Source: Sulfolobaceae archaeon
GTDB lineage: Archaea; Thermoproteota; Thermoprotei_A; Sulfolobales; Sulfolobaceae
Assembly: GCA_038893355.1 (NCBI GenBank)
Contig: JAWARQ010000004.1
Location: 96,001 to 160,000, forward strand
Length of the DNA: 64,000 nucleotides
Direction: 5' to 3'
Part shown: one piece after another, positions 1 through 9,501 of the stretch
Numbering within the stretch: the first letter of the stretch is position 1
Layout: each line of letters begins with the position of its first letter
The notes under the pieces: model-generated
Databases searched by the model: none
The model's input: only the letters and a program-made list of their open reading frames with translations
Told to the model about the DNA's origin: nothing
Translations under genes and position numbers: made by a program

Positions 1-1255
1 TGAATGTAAACCAAAGTATAAATGGAGTTGTGTAATTAAGTATTGAATACAATTTAAGACTATTAACTAATTTCCTCTTAATCCCATTTATTGTAATTAA
101 TATATTATTAAGTTCATTAATTATATTTCCAGATTCTGAACTTTTATTTTCAATTATATTAAGCAATTCTAAAACATAGTTTATTATCCAATTTGTTCTA
201 GAAGTATTTCTTAAAAGTTTATAAATTTTTTCATCCAACTTTTGCATTGAAAGTTTTATAGAATGTCCGATCTGATAGAAATCTGATAAATTCTTTAAGA
301 TATTTGGTAATAGATTTATAGCTTTTTCGTTATTTCTTAGAATTAGATAATATTTTATTGAAAATATTGTATATGCAAGTATGATACAATAAATCTTATA
401 CTTAATCTCTAATGTAGGAATAAGAAAAATTAAGATTGATACTGTGAATAGAATTATAATATCTAATAGCTTTACTTTAATCTTATGGCCAGTGTCGGGT
501 TGATTTAATGAGATTAATAAAAATATTGGTGGGACTAATGCTAATGGTATTAGTAATTGGAATAATGATATACTAAACACTGATTGAAACGCTATTAGTA
601 GTATTGGAATTAATATGAATATTGAGAAGATCCCTTCTGTTATACTCATAACAAAGTTTAAGTAATTTTCGTAATTTTCCTTTATCCAATTAAACGTATC
701 TTGAAGTAGTTCTCTCATTCTTTGAGGTATAGATATACCAACATCTTCTGCAGCAAGGTAGTTCATGTAAATTTTTCCAAATATGTCATCTTTTCTAATG
801 ATAGCTCTATTATTTAATGCCTTTCTCGTTGAAATATTTCTTAATATTATGTCCTTCTTTAATTGTTGCAATTCCTTATTTACGACTTTGAATATTCCTA
901 ATTTTGAACCCTCCTCTAGAGATGTTAAGATCCCCTTATCTAGTAGTGAATTTAAGTATAGTAGTATTAGGAAAAACGGTCCCTCAAGATCACTCGCTCT
1001 TCTATACTCAACTTTTTTAATCCACGAATATATTAGTGGATATAATATAATGAAAAAAATTAATATAGATAAAAATGGTATAAAAATAAATTTTTTAAAT
1101 ATTATAATTATTAATAATAGTAGTATTATCGAAGGTAATATAATTCTTAAAAGTAATTTATATGTACTTTCGATTTTATGTAAATCACCGCCATAGTAAG
1201 TGATATTTGATTTTATTTGTTTATCAAATAATTTTAATAACTTTCTCTCTATCAT
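1..1255 (-). CDS. upsF: TadC/type II secretion F-family membrane platform protein of the UV-inducible pilus operon (runs off the window; missing from ORF track)
   Basis: ATG at 1255 (MIERKLLKLFDKQIKSNITYYGGD...) overlaps the ATPase 3' end. The same frame at the window edge reads SLKLYSILNYTTPFILWFTF. Several hydrophobic segments; lies directly downstream of a secretion ATPase. Confidence 0.8.
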   Translation of the reverse strand, partial: MIERKLLKLFDKQIKSNITYYGGDLHKIESTYKLLLRIILPSIILLLLIIIIFKKFIFIPFLSILIFFIILYPLIYSWIKKVEYRRASDLEGPFFLILLYLNSLLDKGILTSLEEGSKLGIFKVVNKELQQLKKDIILRNISTRKALNNRAIIRKDDIFGKIYMNYLAAEDVGISIPQRMRELLQDTFNWIKENYENYLNFVMSITEGIFSIFILIPILLIAFQSVFSISLFQLLIPLALVPPIFLLISLNQPDTGHKIKVKLLDIIILFTVSILIFLIPTLEIKYKIYCIILAYTIFSIKYYLILRNNEKAINLLPNILKNLSDFYQIGHSIKLSMQKLDEKIYKLLRNTSRTNWIINYVLELLNIIENKSSESGNIINELNNILITINGIKRKLVNSLKLYSILNYTTPFILWFTF

Positions 1256-2642
1256 ACATATAAAACCTCATTAATTCTTCTTCTAATTTTAAATTATCAT
1301 TTTTAATAATTTTTTGCAGAAACTCAATTCTTCTCTTTAAATCAGAAACTACCTCATCCTTGCTGATATCATAATTTCTCATAATCCAGTTAATTCTATA
1401 AGATCTATCAATAATACTCTCAATAGTTAATGGTACGAATCTATTATCTCTGTATGACCATTTTATTATTTTTCTAAATTTTACTTTTCCCTTTGCAGGT
1501 ATCACTTCATATATTGCAGAGACATACTTACTTTTCCCTTTTACTAACCTATTACTTAAGACTATGAAACCCCATATTCCTTGTAAGAAGAGTTGTGCTA
1601 ATTCGTCATTTAATAAGCTTAATATTCTTGTAACTGCATCAATAGGCTTTGCACCATGGAATGTTGTAATTGAACCATGCCCAGATGCAGCAGCATGTAC
1701 TAATGCTTCAATTTCTTTACCTCTTACTTCACCTATTATTAAATAATCTGGTCTATATCTAAGCGCTAGCTTAGATAATTCGAATAAGCTTACGTCATAT
1801 TTTCCTAGTGTAGTGCTTCTTGCTACAAATCTTATCCAATTCTTATGGTCTAGATTTATTTCTGGTGTATCTTCGATTGTGACTATCTTACACATAGGAT
1901 TTACCAAACTAAGTAATGAATTAAGTAGTGTAGTTTTACCGCTACCAGTAGGTCCTAATATAATTAGAAATGGTTTATAGTCGAGTAGAAACCATAAGTA
2001 AGACGCTATAATTTCATTTAATACTTCATTTCTGATAAGGTCAACTATGGTTAATGGATTAGTTGGAAATTTTCTAATATCGAATGTAGACCCTGGAATT
2101 GATATCTCCTTAGAGACTGTTGCAGCAACTCTATGACCTTCTGGTAGTGAGAATTCTAGATAAGGCTTTGCAAAATTTATACTCTTGTTAGCACTGCTTG
2201 CAAGTCTTTCAATAACCTTTATTACATCATCTTCTGTTTCAAGAACTATATTAGTAGTGAGTCTATAATATCTACTTGAATAATTTCTATGAACTACAGA
2301 TATTGGATATCCATAACCTCTACACTCTATTTCCTCTACTAGAGGATCTAGAATTAATGGAGTTAATTCTCCATATTTTATATTCTTTTTTATATAATAT
2401 ACTATTTTCTCTATATTTTCTTCTGATAAATTAATATTTTTTATTTTATTAAATATTTCTTCCTCTATATCTTTTATATCTGAATAATATAATTCTTGTA
2501 AAATTTCTTCCATTAATTTTTTCTCAAATGGTTCTAATTTGGGTTCTTCTATCTCATAATAACCTATTCCGTTGTTATCATAAATTCTAACTTTAACCCC
2601 TTCTATCTCATACTCTTCTAATAATACCTTACTTCCACTCAT
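1224..2642 (-). CDS. upsE: Type IV pilus/type II secretion assembly ATPase (VirB11/TadA family)
   Basis: Walker A GPTGSGKTT, Asp box TIEDTPEI, Walker B YLIIGEVRG, His box GHGSITTFH. Order X-E-F matches the Sulfolobales ups operon. Confidence 0.85.
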   Translation of the reverse strand: MSGSKVLLEEYEIEGVKVRIYDNNGIGYYEIEEPKLEPFEKKLMEEILQELYYSDIKDIEEEIFNKIKNINLSEENIEKIVYYIKKNIKYGELTPLILDPLVEEIECRGYGYPISVVHRNYSSRYYRLTTNIVLETEDDVIKVIERLASSANKSINFAKPYLEFSLPEGHRVAATVSKEISIPGSTFDIRKFPTNPLTIVDLIRNEVLNEIIASYLWFLLDYKPFLIILGPTGSGKTTLLNSLLSLVNPMCKIVTIEDTPEINLDHKNWIRFVARSTTLGKYDVSLFELSKLALRYRPDYLIIGEVRGKEIEALVHAAASGHGSITTFHGAKPIDAVTRILSLLNDELAQLFLQGIWGFIVLSNRLVKGKSKYVSAIYEVIPAKGKVKFRKIIKWSYRDNRFVPLTIESIIDRSYRINWIMRNYDISKDEVVSDLKRRIEFLQKIIKNDNLKLEEELMRFYMYDREKVIKII

Positions 2643-2668
2643 TATTAAAAAAGAAATATAAAGGAATC

Positions 2669-4687
2669 TCAGAGAACTCCGAAAGTTTGGAGAATATCTT
2701 TTAATCTTTCGTAATTAGTTTTCGCAATAATTAAGCCAATTTTAAAAGAGTCTAGAGCATATTCGTTTATCCATTTTAGGTTTCCTATATAACTTTTTAA
2801 TATAATTTTATTATAAAAGGGATCAAATTTAAATACGGTTGAATTTCCTATAGCTACATTGTTACCATAAATTATTTCTACTAATGCGTCTCTTTTTAGA
2901 TTTACATTTATTTCAAGTTGGTTATTATTTACTAATCTACAATTAACATCCTTAATAGGATTTGGGTATCTTATTATATAGAAGGTTTTATAACCTTTAT
3001 CATTCCTTATTATGAATTTAGTAATTTCCTCTTTGCTGCAAATTTTTTCATTATTTAACTTTATACATTCTCCATCTTTTACGATTAATATATCATCATA
3101 GTCCATTAACCTTTCTTCCTTCTCTTCCCATTCGAATAGTTCTTTAAAACATATTCTCCTTACTATTAGCTTTCTATCCTCAATACTCTCTTCTACTTTA
3201 CACTCACTAGGTTTTTCTATAAATAGAACCTTTACTGGTATTTCTATTTCAAATATATTCTTATTTAATCTATTTAAATATATTCTCACAATTTTATTAT
3301 TAATATTATATTCATAATTATTTAAATATATTCTCACAATTTTATTATTAGTTTCTAGCGGTAAAATTTCACTTTTATTACCTTCAAGTTCTATCTTCAA
3401 TTCATGGGGTAATCTTGATGGAATATCTACATTAATTTTTACTTCTAGCTCCGAATTATATTCTGTACCTTTTATTCTTCCATTCTTTGCAGTTCTTAAA
3501 AGAGCTTCAATTAAATTTATTCTTGGCTTTTCAGTTTCTACTTCAAATTTTGTGCTATATTTGAATAGATCATTTTCTAAAGTTACTTCTAGGGTATTGT
3601 CTTTGAACTCAATAGGTTCTATCTCCAAGATAGTTTTATCATTATTTTTAATTTTATTAATAATTATAAAATTATTTGATATTGAAATATTATATGGAAT
3701 TTTCTCCTCTATTTCAATAACGATAGGTCTATCTTTACTATTTTTTCTATTTATAATATTAATAAATTTACTATTTTTTCTATTTAAATTTAAAAAATAA
3801 ATATTGTTATTTTGTGATAATAAAATTAATAGTGAATTTAATAGGAATGAGGCTTTTACACTTTTTAATTCTAGTATTTTTTCTAAATTTTGATTATAAA
3901 TTATAGTTGAATAATTAGTAGATAATATAATATATCTATCATTTGCAATACTTCCATATTCTTTTGCATTAATATCGAATGAAATTAATGTGTTATCCTT
4001 ATATACCTTAAGCCTATGTTCACACTTTAACACAAAACCATTCCTTATCTCACCTAATAATACTGGATCTTTACATATTCCAATAAATTCACTCTTTAAG
4101 AGTATTCTTCCACTTTCAGATGCAAAGATTTCACCAAATCTAGTACTTCCTATAAATAAGAGATCGGATTTATATGATTTTATATTAATTAAATCTTTAT
4201 TAAAAATTTTTAAATTATTTTCATATAGAACAGAAATATGATTTTTGCCGATGTAGTAAGACTTTGGAGTTTCAATTTCTATAACTTTTTCTTTATTTCC
4301 TATTAATGAAAACTTTTTATTAATTAATATGAAAAAATTATATTTTTTATCAAATTTTGAAAATATAAAATTATTAAAATAATATCTATTTTTTCGCTTG
4401 TATATAAATTCTATATTACTATTATAGCTTATTGGATAACCTTCTTCATTTATACTTTTTATTACTCTCTCGTTCAAATTCTCATCTATACTTATGACTC
4501 TATTATCTCTAAATACAATCCATTCATTACCGTCAACCTTATACTCTGGATAGATAATTATTTTAGGTTGCTTTAGTGCATCTGACTCTAAAATTACGTT
4601 TTCATTATCAGTATTGAACCATACTTCCGTTCCAACAGGAATCGTAACTTTTTTAAAAAGTAATATTTCTGGAAATTCTACATTCAT
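2669..4687 (-). CDS. upsX: UpsX-like large cytoplasmic protein of unknown function
   Basis: 672 aa, beta-rich, immediately upstream of upsE/upsF. Size and position match UpsX. No catalytic motif recognised. Confidence 0.7.
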   Translation of the reverse strand: MNVEFPEILLFKKVTIPVGTEVWFNTDNENVILESDALKQPKIIIYPEYKVDGNEWIVFRDNRVISIDENLNERVIKSINEEGYPISYNSNIEFIYKRKNRYYFNNFIFSKFDKKYNFFILINKKFSLIGNKEKVIEIETPKSYYIGKNHISVLYENNLKIFNKDLINIKSYKSDLLFIGSTRFGEIFASESGRILLKSEFIGICKDPVLLGEIRNGFVLKCEHRLKVYKDNTLISFDINAKEYGSIANDRYIILSTNYSTIIYNQNLEKILELKSVKASFLLNSLLILLSQNNNIYFLNLNRKNSKFINIINRKNSKDRPIVIEIEEKIPYNISISNNFIIINKIKNNDKTILEIEPIEFKDNTLEVTLENDLFKYSTKFEVETEKPRINLIEALLRTAKNGRIKGTEYNSELEVKINVDIPSRLPHELKIELEGNKSEILPLETNNKIVRIYLNNYEYNINNKIVRIYLNRLNKNIFEIEIPVKVLFIEKPSECKVEESIEDRKLIVRRICFKELFEWEEKEERLMDYDDILIVKDGECIKLNNEKICSKEEITKFIIRNDKGYKTFYIIRYPNPIKDVNCRLVNNNQLEINVNLKRDALVEIIYGNNVAIGNSTVFKFDPFYNKIILKSYIGNLKWINEYALDSFKIGLIIAKTNYERLKDILQTFGVL
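2681..2686 (-). promoter_or_regulatory. ANTTTC DNA-damage/UV-responsive hexamer (ACTTTC) upstream of upsE
   Basis: gaaagt on + reads ACTTTC on -, at -44..-39 from the upsE ATG (2642). Nearly the same spacing as the copy upstream of upsX. Confidence 0.6.
3271..3350. repeat. Perfect 32-bp direct repeat (period 48) inside upsX
   Basis: tatttaaatatattctcacaattttattatta at 3271-3302 and 3319-3350; encodes NNKIVRIYLN twice. Confidence 0.9.
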
Positions 4688-4724
4688 CGTTTAATTTAAG
4701 AATATGAATCAGACACGGGCTAGA

Positions 4725-4730
4725 GAAATT
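4725..4730 (-). promoter_or_regulatory. ANTTTC DNA-damage/UV-responsive hexamer (AATTTC) upstream of upsX
   Basis: gaaatt on + reads AATTTC on -, at -43..-38 from the upsX ATG (4687). Confidence 0.6.
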
Positions 4731-5370
4731 ATAGTAATATCGGCCTATGCTTGCCACATAATCCTTTACTATTGCATAACCTCCAAAAACACTCTATTGC
4801 CATTCTGCCCTTAAGTCCTAATTCTTTAGAAATACTTGTAATCTTTCCTTCATTCTCTTGTAAAGATGCAGACTCTCTAACCAGAACTTTTATCTTTGTT
4901 AAATCTTCTTGTGATAGTATTTTGCTACCTAATAACTTCGATACTAGCGGTAATTGGGTACATTCTTTTGACCATAATTGAGTTAATGAAAGATCATAAT
5001 CCTTTTTTTGTAATATAGCATCACACTCATTTTGATTTGGCTTAATAATAAAATTATATTTAGTAAGTAATTTCAGCAGATAATATTCTGTGGTATTCGT
5101 ATTTTTTATACATATTTTGATATTTTCCTTTTGAGTTGATGTAAGTAATTTTATACCTAAATCATTAATTATATACGCACCATTTGAAATTACCTTTATA
5201 CCTTCTAGCATAGTTAATAAGGGTAATGGAAAATAAATGAGATGTAGCTCGTCTAATTTAAATTTTATTTCGTCCTCCCTTATCTTTACAAGTTCAAATT
5301 TATTATCATTAATAAGTGGTAATAGCGGTAATAATTCTTCTTCATCACTATACCCTAACTTTAATTTCAC
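4729..5370 (-). CDS. Hypothetical protein (possibly a degenerate substrate-binding/MqnD-like fold)
   Basis: 213-aa ORF filling the gap between hom and upsX. Only a weak resemblance is recognised. Confidence 0.55.
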   Translation of the reverse strand: MKLKLGYSDEEELLPLLPLINDNKFELVKIREDEIKFKLDELHLIYFPLPLLTMLEGIKVISNGAYIINDLGIKLLTSTQKENIKICIKNTNTTEYYLLKLLTKYNFIIKPNQNECDAILQKKDYDLSLTQLWSKECTQLPLVSKLLGSKILSQEDLTKIKVLVRESASLQENEGKITSISKELGLKGRMAIECFWRLCNSKGLCGKHRPILL

Positions 5371-5447
5371 ATAACTATGTAGATTTAAAGGAAAATAAAA
5401 TCATCGTTTAGATTAATTTAAAAATTTGTAAGAAATTCTTAAATTAA

Positions 5448-6398
5448 TTAATATATAAAATCAATTCCAGATAATAGAAGTAGTAAATCAGAGAGTAATC
5501 CAAATGCAGCATTTTTTGGCCCAGCACCAGGGCCTCTAATAATAACCTTTTGAATATCAGTTACTATTTCTAGAGCGTTTTCAACATAATCGACGTTATA
5601 CAACGGATCTGTAGTGTCTAATTCAATAGGCCTTACCCACGCCTCACTCTTATCTGCATAAGCTATTAGTTTAATTTTTTTATTATTTATATTTATTTTT
5701 TTAATAATATCTTCACTTAATCCCTCTCTTTTTACGTCATTCACAGTTATATTTGAGTTAAATGCAGTATTAGCAAGAATAGTAATTTTTGAAGCAGCAT
5801 CAAAACCATTTAGATCTAATGTCGGGTCAGGTTCTGCATAACCAAGTAATTTTGCATTTTCTACTGCATCATTAAATTGAACTCCTTGTGAAATAAGTGT
5901 TAATATATAGTTTGTTGTGCCATTTAATATTCCTCTTAAGCTTATTATTTTACTTCCTTTTAAGACTCTAAGAAGATTTATAGATGGAGTCCCACTCATA
6001 ACTGTAGCTTGATAGAGAATTTTAGTGTCGTGCTTCTTTGCAGTATCTATCAATTCTTTAAATTTTAACGCTAATGGAGCCTTGTTGGCTGTTATTACAT
6101 TAACTCCCCTCTTTAATGCAGATATATATAGAGAAAAAGATGGTTCGGCATTTATATAGTTAGGAGATGATGCGTCAATTACGATATCTGGATTTAGATC
6201 TTCTAATGATTGTAATGGATCTAACTGTTTGTTTGGAGTAAACTCTTCTTTATCCCCTAACATTAATCCTCTTCTTGTTACTACTCCAACAATCTTTACA
6301 TCTTCTAAGAATGGGAATTTTTCCCGCTTCTTTTCGTGCAATAATTCACGAAATGCCTTACCTACTCTCCCATAACCTACTAACATTATCGTTTTCAA
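5448..6398 (-). CDS. hom: Homoserine dehydrogenase
   Basis: Rossmann GYGRVG, VITANKAPLA, GILNGTTNYIL, GYAEPDPTLDLNGFDAASK, GPGAG. Confidence 0.95.
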   Translation of the reverse strand: MKTIMLVGYGRVGKAFRELLHEKKREKFPFLEDVKIVGVVTRRGLMLGDKEEFTPNKQLDPLQSLEDLNPDIVIDASSPNYINAEPSFSLYISALKRGVNVITANKAPLALKFKELIDTAKKHDTKILYQATVMSGTPSINLLRVLKGSKIISLRGILNGTTNYILTLISQGVQFNDAVENAKLLGYAEPDPTLDLNGFDAASKITILANTAFNSNITVNDVKREGLSEDIIKKININNKKIKLIAYADKSEAWVRPIELDTTDPLYNVDYVENALEIVTDIQKVIIRGPGAGPKNAAFGLLSDLLLLLSGIDFIY

Positions 6399-6599
6399 TT
6401 TCCAATACCTTAGCTATAAATAGTATAAGAATTAAAGATCTTTATGGTGCATTATATAGTATTTGAACTTCTTCGAATTTTCATAAAGTTACATAATCTC
6501 TTATGATATAATGAATTAAATTGCTAGGCGCAGTTTGATGGAAACTATCAAAGGCTTAGAGCTAAGTTTATAATTAAGTTAATAACGAGTTGAATTATA

Positions 6600-8003
6600 A
6601 TGTGTAGTATAACTGGTGTAATAATTCTTAACACTTCTAAATATAAAGATATTGAGAGAAAACTAATAGAGATATTAAAGAGAGCAGAAGATAGGGGTAG
6701 AGACTCTTTTGGAGTTATTGTTGTAAATAAATATGGTGAAACTAAGAGCATTAAGGCAGTTGGAAGGCCATCTGAAAAAGAAGAGCTCCTTAGTGGAATT
6801 TTAGACGAGAATAGCAAGATAGTAGTAGCAAATAACAGAGCAGAGCCAACTACAGAATATGTTAGTATTAAAACTTTTAATGACATTCAGCCATTTGAAG
6901 GGGTACGTTATATTGTAAGTCATAACGGAGTAATAGCTAATGATAGAGAATTAGAGATAAAATATAATGTTATAAAGAAATCTAAAATTGATTCTTCAAT
7001 AATTCCATCTATCTTAGATAAACATTGGAAGGGGAGTTTACAAGATTTAAGAAAAATTCTGCAGGATATTAAAGGTAGTTTTGCATTAATAATTGCAGAC
7101 AAATTAAATCCTAATAAATTATATTTGGCATTAAACTTTAAACCGTTATATATGGCGTATTATTACGATCTAGAAGCAATTTTCTTTACTTCATTAGATT
7201 CATATTTTGATGTAAAGCCCTTTGATCATGTAAATGTAACTAGATTAGAACCATATTCAATATTTGAAATTACTGACGAAAAGAAATTTAATAAAATTCC
7301 TTTGTTAGACGAGGATAAGAGGCCTAAAAGAGCATTAGTAATAGCTAGTGGTGGATTAGATTCTACAGTTGCTGCTACTAAATTAATTAGAGAAGGGTAT
7401 GCTGTAACGTTACTCCATTTTAATTATCATCATAAGGCTGAGGAAAAAGAAAGTCAGGCAATTAGAAAGATAGCAGAATATTTAAATGTAGATTTAATAG
7501 AATTAAATACAGACCTATTTAAAATTATAGGAAATAGTAACCTAATAAAAGGAGTAGGTAATATAGTAAAAGATAGAAAAGGAGAGGAAGGTGCGGAATT
7601 TGCTCATGAATGGGTTCCTGCAAGAAATTTAATATTTCTTGCTATTGCTATAGCAATAGCTGAAGCAAAAGGATATGATGTAGTAGCATCTGGAATTAAT
7701 CTAGAAGAATCCGGTGCATATCCAGATAATGAAATGGAATTAATTAGACTTCTAGACAATTTAACTCCTTATGCAGTTGGTCCTAATAAACGGGTTAAGA
7801 TACTAATGCCTGTAGGAAATTTAATGAAGCATGAAATAGTAAAATTAGGTATAGAAATTGGGGCACCTTTACATCTAACCTGGAGTTGTTATGAAGGAGG
7901 TGAAAAACATTGTGGTAGATGTGGGCCATGCTATATGCGTAAAAAAGCTTTTCTTATGAACGGTTTAAAGGATCCAGTTGAATATGAAGATCCTACGATT
8001 TAA
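6600..8003 (+). CDS. queC: GAT-QueC: class II glutamine amidotransferase fused to 7-cyano-7-deazaguanine synthase (archaeosine pathway)
   Basis: N-terminal Cys2 (MCSITG), RGRDSFG, HNGVIAN; QueC motifs [18 protein letters not shown] and TWSCY...HCGRCGPC. Confidence 0.93.
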   Translation: MCSITGVIILNTSKYKDIERKLIEILKRAEDRGRDSFGVIVVNKYGETKSIKAVGRPSEKEELLSGILDENSKIVVANNRAEPTTEYVSIKTFNDIQPFEGVRYIVSHNGVIANDRELEIKYNVIKKSKIDSSIIPSILDKHWKGSLQDLRKILQDIKGSFALIIADKLNPNKLYLALNFKPLYMAYYYDLEAIFFTSLDSYFDVKPFDHVNVTRLEPYSIFEITDEKKFNKIPLLDEDKRPKRALVIASGGLDSTVAATKLIREGYAVTLLHFNYHHKAEEKESQAIRKIAEYLNVDLIELNTDLFKIIGNSNLIKGVGNIVKDRKGEEGAEFAHEWVPARNLIFLAIAIAIAEAKGYDVVASGINLEESGAYPDNEMELIRLLDNLTPYAVGPNKRVKILMPVGNLMKHEIVKLGIEIGAPLHLTWSCYEGGEKHCGRCGPCYMRKKAFLMNGLKDPVEYEDPTI

Positions 8004-8028
8004 CGTTTATAAAATGATTAAGGATTTT

Positions 8029-8060
8029 GGGCGGAAAGCTTTCGCTTGCGAAGATGGATA
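8029..8060 (+). mobile_element. Possible degenerate IS200/IS605-type subterminal hairpin (MITE-like scar)
   Basis: GGGCGGAAAG-CT-TTCGC-TT-GCGAA-GATGGATA is a GC-rich hairpin in an AT-rich spacer. It resembles recalled Sulfolobales IS605-family ends. Confidence 0.35.
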
Positions 8061-8093
8061 CACTGTGACAGATTTACATAACTTTTAACTACT

Positions 8094-8236
8094 TTTTAAT
8101 CACTTCTAATTAGTATCTTTATCATGGACATGTTTATATAGGTGCACATGGCGGAATTAGAAGTAATTAAAAGTAAGCATAAGTTACGCCATGGTAAACA
8201 CATAATCATACTAGGATGATATCTAGAAGTGATTAA
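8094..8236. repeat. Three copies of TAGAAGTGATTAA (one inverted) in a spacer between convergent genes
   Basis: ttttaatcacttctaatt (8094-8111) and aattagaagtaattaaaa (8155-8172) are a 17/18 inverted match. tagaagtgattaa (8224-8236) is a perfect 13-mer copy. Confidence 0.8.
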
Positions 8237-8302
8237 GAATATTTAAAAATTTAGTTAAAATAATATATTTAAGAAAATAACCTTTTATTAAAATTTAATT
8301 TT

Positions 8303-8743
8303 CTATTCAGAATTTTTTAAATTATTAAGATTTAAAGTATTTTTAAGATCTCTCCATTTTTTTATAGTATCATAAAGAAAGTATATTGAAGCAATAAGTA
8401 TTACTAAAATCATATATATCTGTTGTATCTTAGAGTTTTGATAAAGAAAAAATGTAGAAATTATAAGTGATGTTATGAAGAAGGATGCAAAAAATGCTGA
8501 TTTAGGTAAGATTAACGACTTTACTCTAACTAAATTCTTATCTACTATCTTTTTAACAATGTAACCATTTTCAGTTTCTTCAACTAAACCTTTTTCTAAA
8601 AGCTTTTTTAGATGATAATTAACTACCGAAATTGAACTTATATTTAAATCTCTTTGAATTTGTCTTGCAGTAACTGGTTTATTTTGTCTTAATAGGTAAT
8701 AGTATATTCTTTTAGACGTTCCTATTAATTCTTCAGTACTCAT
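8303..8743 (-). CDS. Winged-HTH transcriptional regulator with two C-terminal transmembrane helices
   Basis: TARQIQRDLNISSISVVNYHLKKLLEKGLV (wHTH), then AFFASFFITSLIISTFFLY and IYMILVILIASIYFLY. Confidence 0.8.
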   Translation of the reverse strand: MSTEELIGTSKRIYYYLLRQNKPVTARQIQRDLNISSISVVNYHLKKLLEKGLVEETENGYIVKKIVDKNLVRVKSLILPKSAFFASFFITSLIISTFFLYQNSKIQQIYMILVILIASIYFLYDTIKKWRDLKNTLNLNNLKNSE

Positions 8744-8907
8744 TCATATAAAACTTCCTTAGCAGAATATTAATCTTAACCAGCTATCAGTAAAAGCAAT
8801 TCATTTGAATTCATAATTAAAAGATAAATTTAATATAGTAAAGAAATAATAGACTTATTGAACATTTGGATTAATTATAAATACACGATTAATAAAAGTC
8901 TTATTGT

Positions 8908-9441
8908 GTGAGGAACCTATTACTAGCTATAATTGCTGGAATTGTAGTTTCAAGTATACTAGCAGTTATTTCGATATACATTGGTACCACTAATTATGTA
9001 TCAAGAATACCTACTATAAATTCCACTCCCAGCATAATAATAGTTCCTAAATATCCAGTAGCACAAACAGTAATGGATAATACTACGATTTCACCCTTTT
9101 ACTTTACTGTACAGCAAGTATCTTATTATTCTAGACCTATTATATTATCTAATCCAGTTATTGTAACTAATAATAGTAAAGCGTATACAGTAATAGGAAT
9201 CAAGAATAATTATAATTCTACATTATATATTTTAGAACAAGAAGGATATTATATAGTAAATATTAGTAAAATAAATGAAGAAGGTGGATATATTTATTAT
9301 AATGTTACCTTTAATTTTGAATTTAAGCCTAAAGAATTGACAATAATACTAGTTCCGATCTGGGATTCTACGTATCATATTTCAAGTTATATAATAATCA
9401 TACTTCAGCCGGGGACAATTAATTCATCTATTATTTCATAA
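8908..9441 (+). CDS. Hypothetical secreted/membrane-anchored protein
   Basis: N-terminal hydrophobic segment; N/Y/I/S-rich with several NxS/T sequons. Confidence 0.65.
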   Translation: MRNLLLAIIAGIVVSSILAVISIYIGTTNYVSRIPTINSTPSIIIVPKYPVAQTVMDNTTISPFYFTVQQVSYYSRPIILSNPVIVTNNSKAYTVIGIKNNYNSTLYILEQEGYYIVNISKINEEGGYIYYNVTFNFEFKPKELTIILVPIWDSTYHISSYIIIILQPGTINSSIIS

Positions 9442-9460
9442 TGTCGGCTCTCATCATAAC
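9402..9460 (-). ncRNA. C/D box 2'-O-methylation guide sRNA targeting the 23S rRNA peptidyl-transferase centre
   Basis: Minus strand: C box AUGAUGA (9457-9451), guide GAGCCGACAUU, D' AUGA, degenerate C' AUGAAUU, guide AAUUGUCCCCGG, D box CUGA (9408-9405). The guides complement the conserved 23S motifs AUGUCGGCUC and CCGGGGAUAA. Confidence 0.85.
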
Positions 9461-9501
9461 CAATATAATATAAAAATTCTACCTCATAAAAATTATTATA
9501 G

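Noticed and set aside
783-1196. 137-aa + strand ORF in the track
   Set aside because: Antisense shadow of the upsF-like gene (1255 to <1, minus strand), which the track omitted because it lacks a stop in the window.
4705-4765. Possible C/D sRNA on the minus strand (CCGA...UCUAGCCCGUGU-CUGA) upstream of upsX
   Set aside because: No recognisable C or C' box; the region is better explained as the upsX promoter.
6532-6546. agtttgatggaaact, a mini-ORB-like imperfect palindrome
   Set aside because: Single weak copy with no adjacent orc1/cdc6 or whiP gene, so it does not support an origin.
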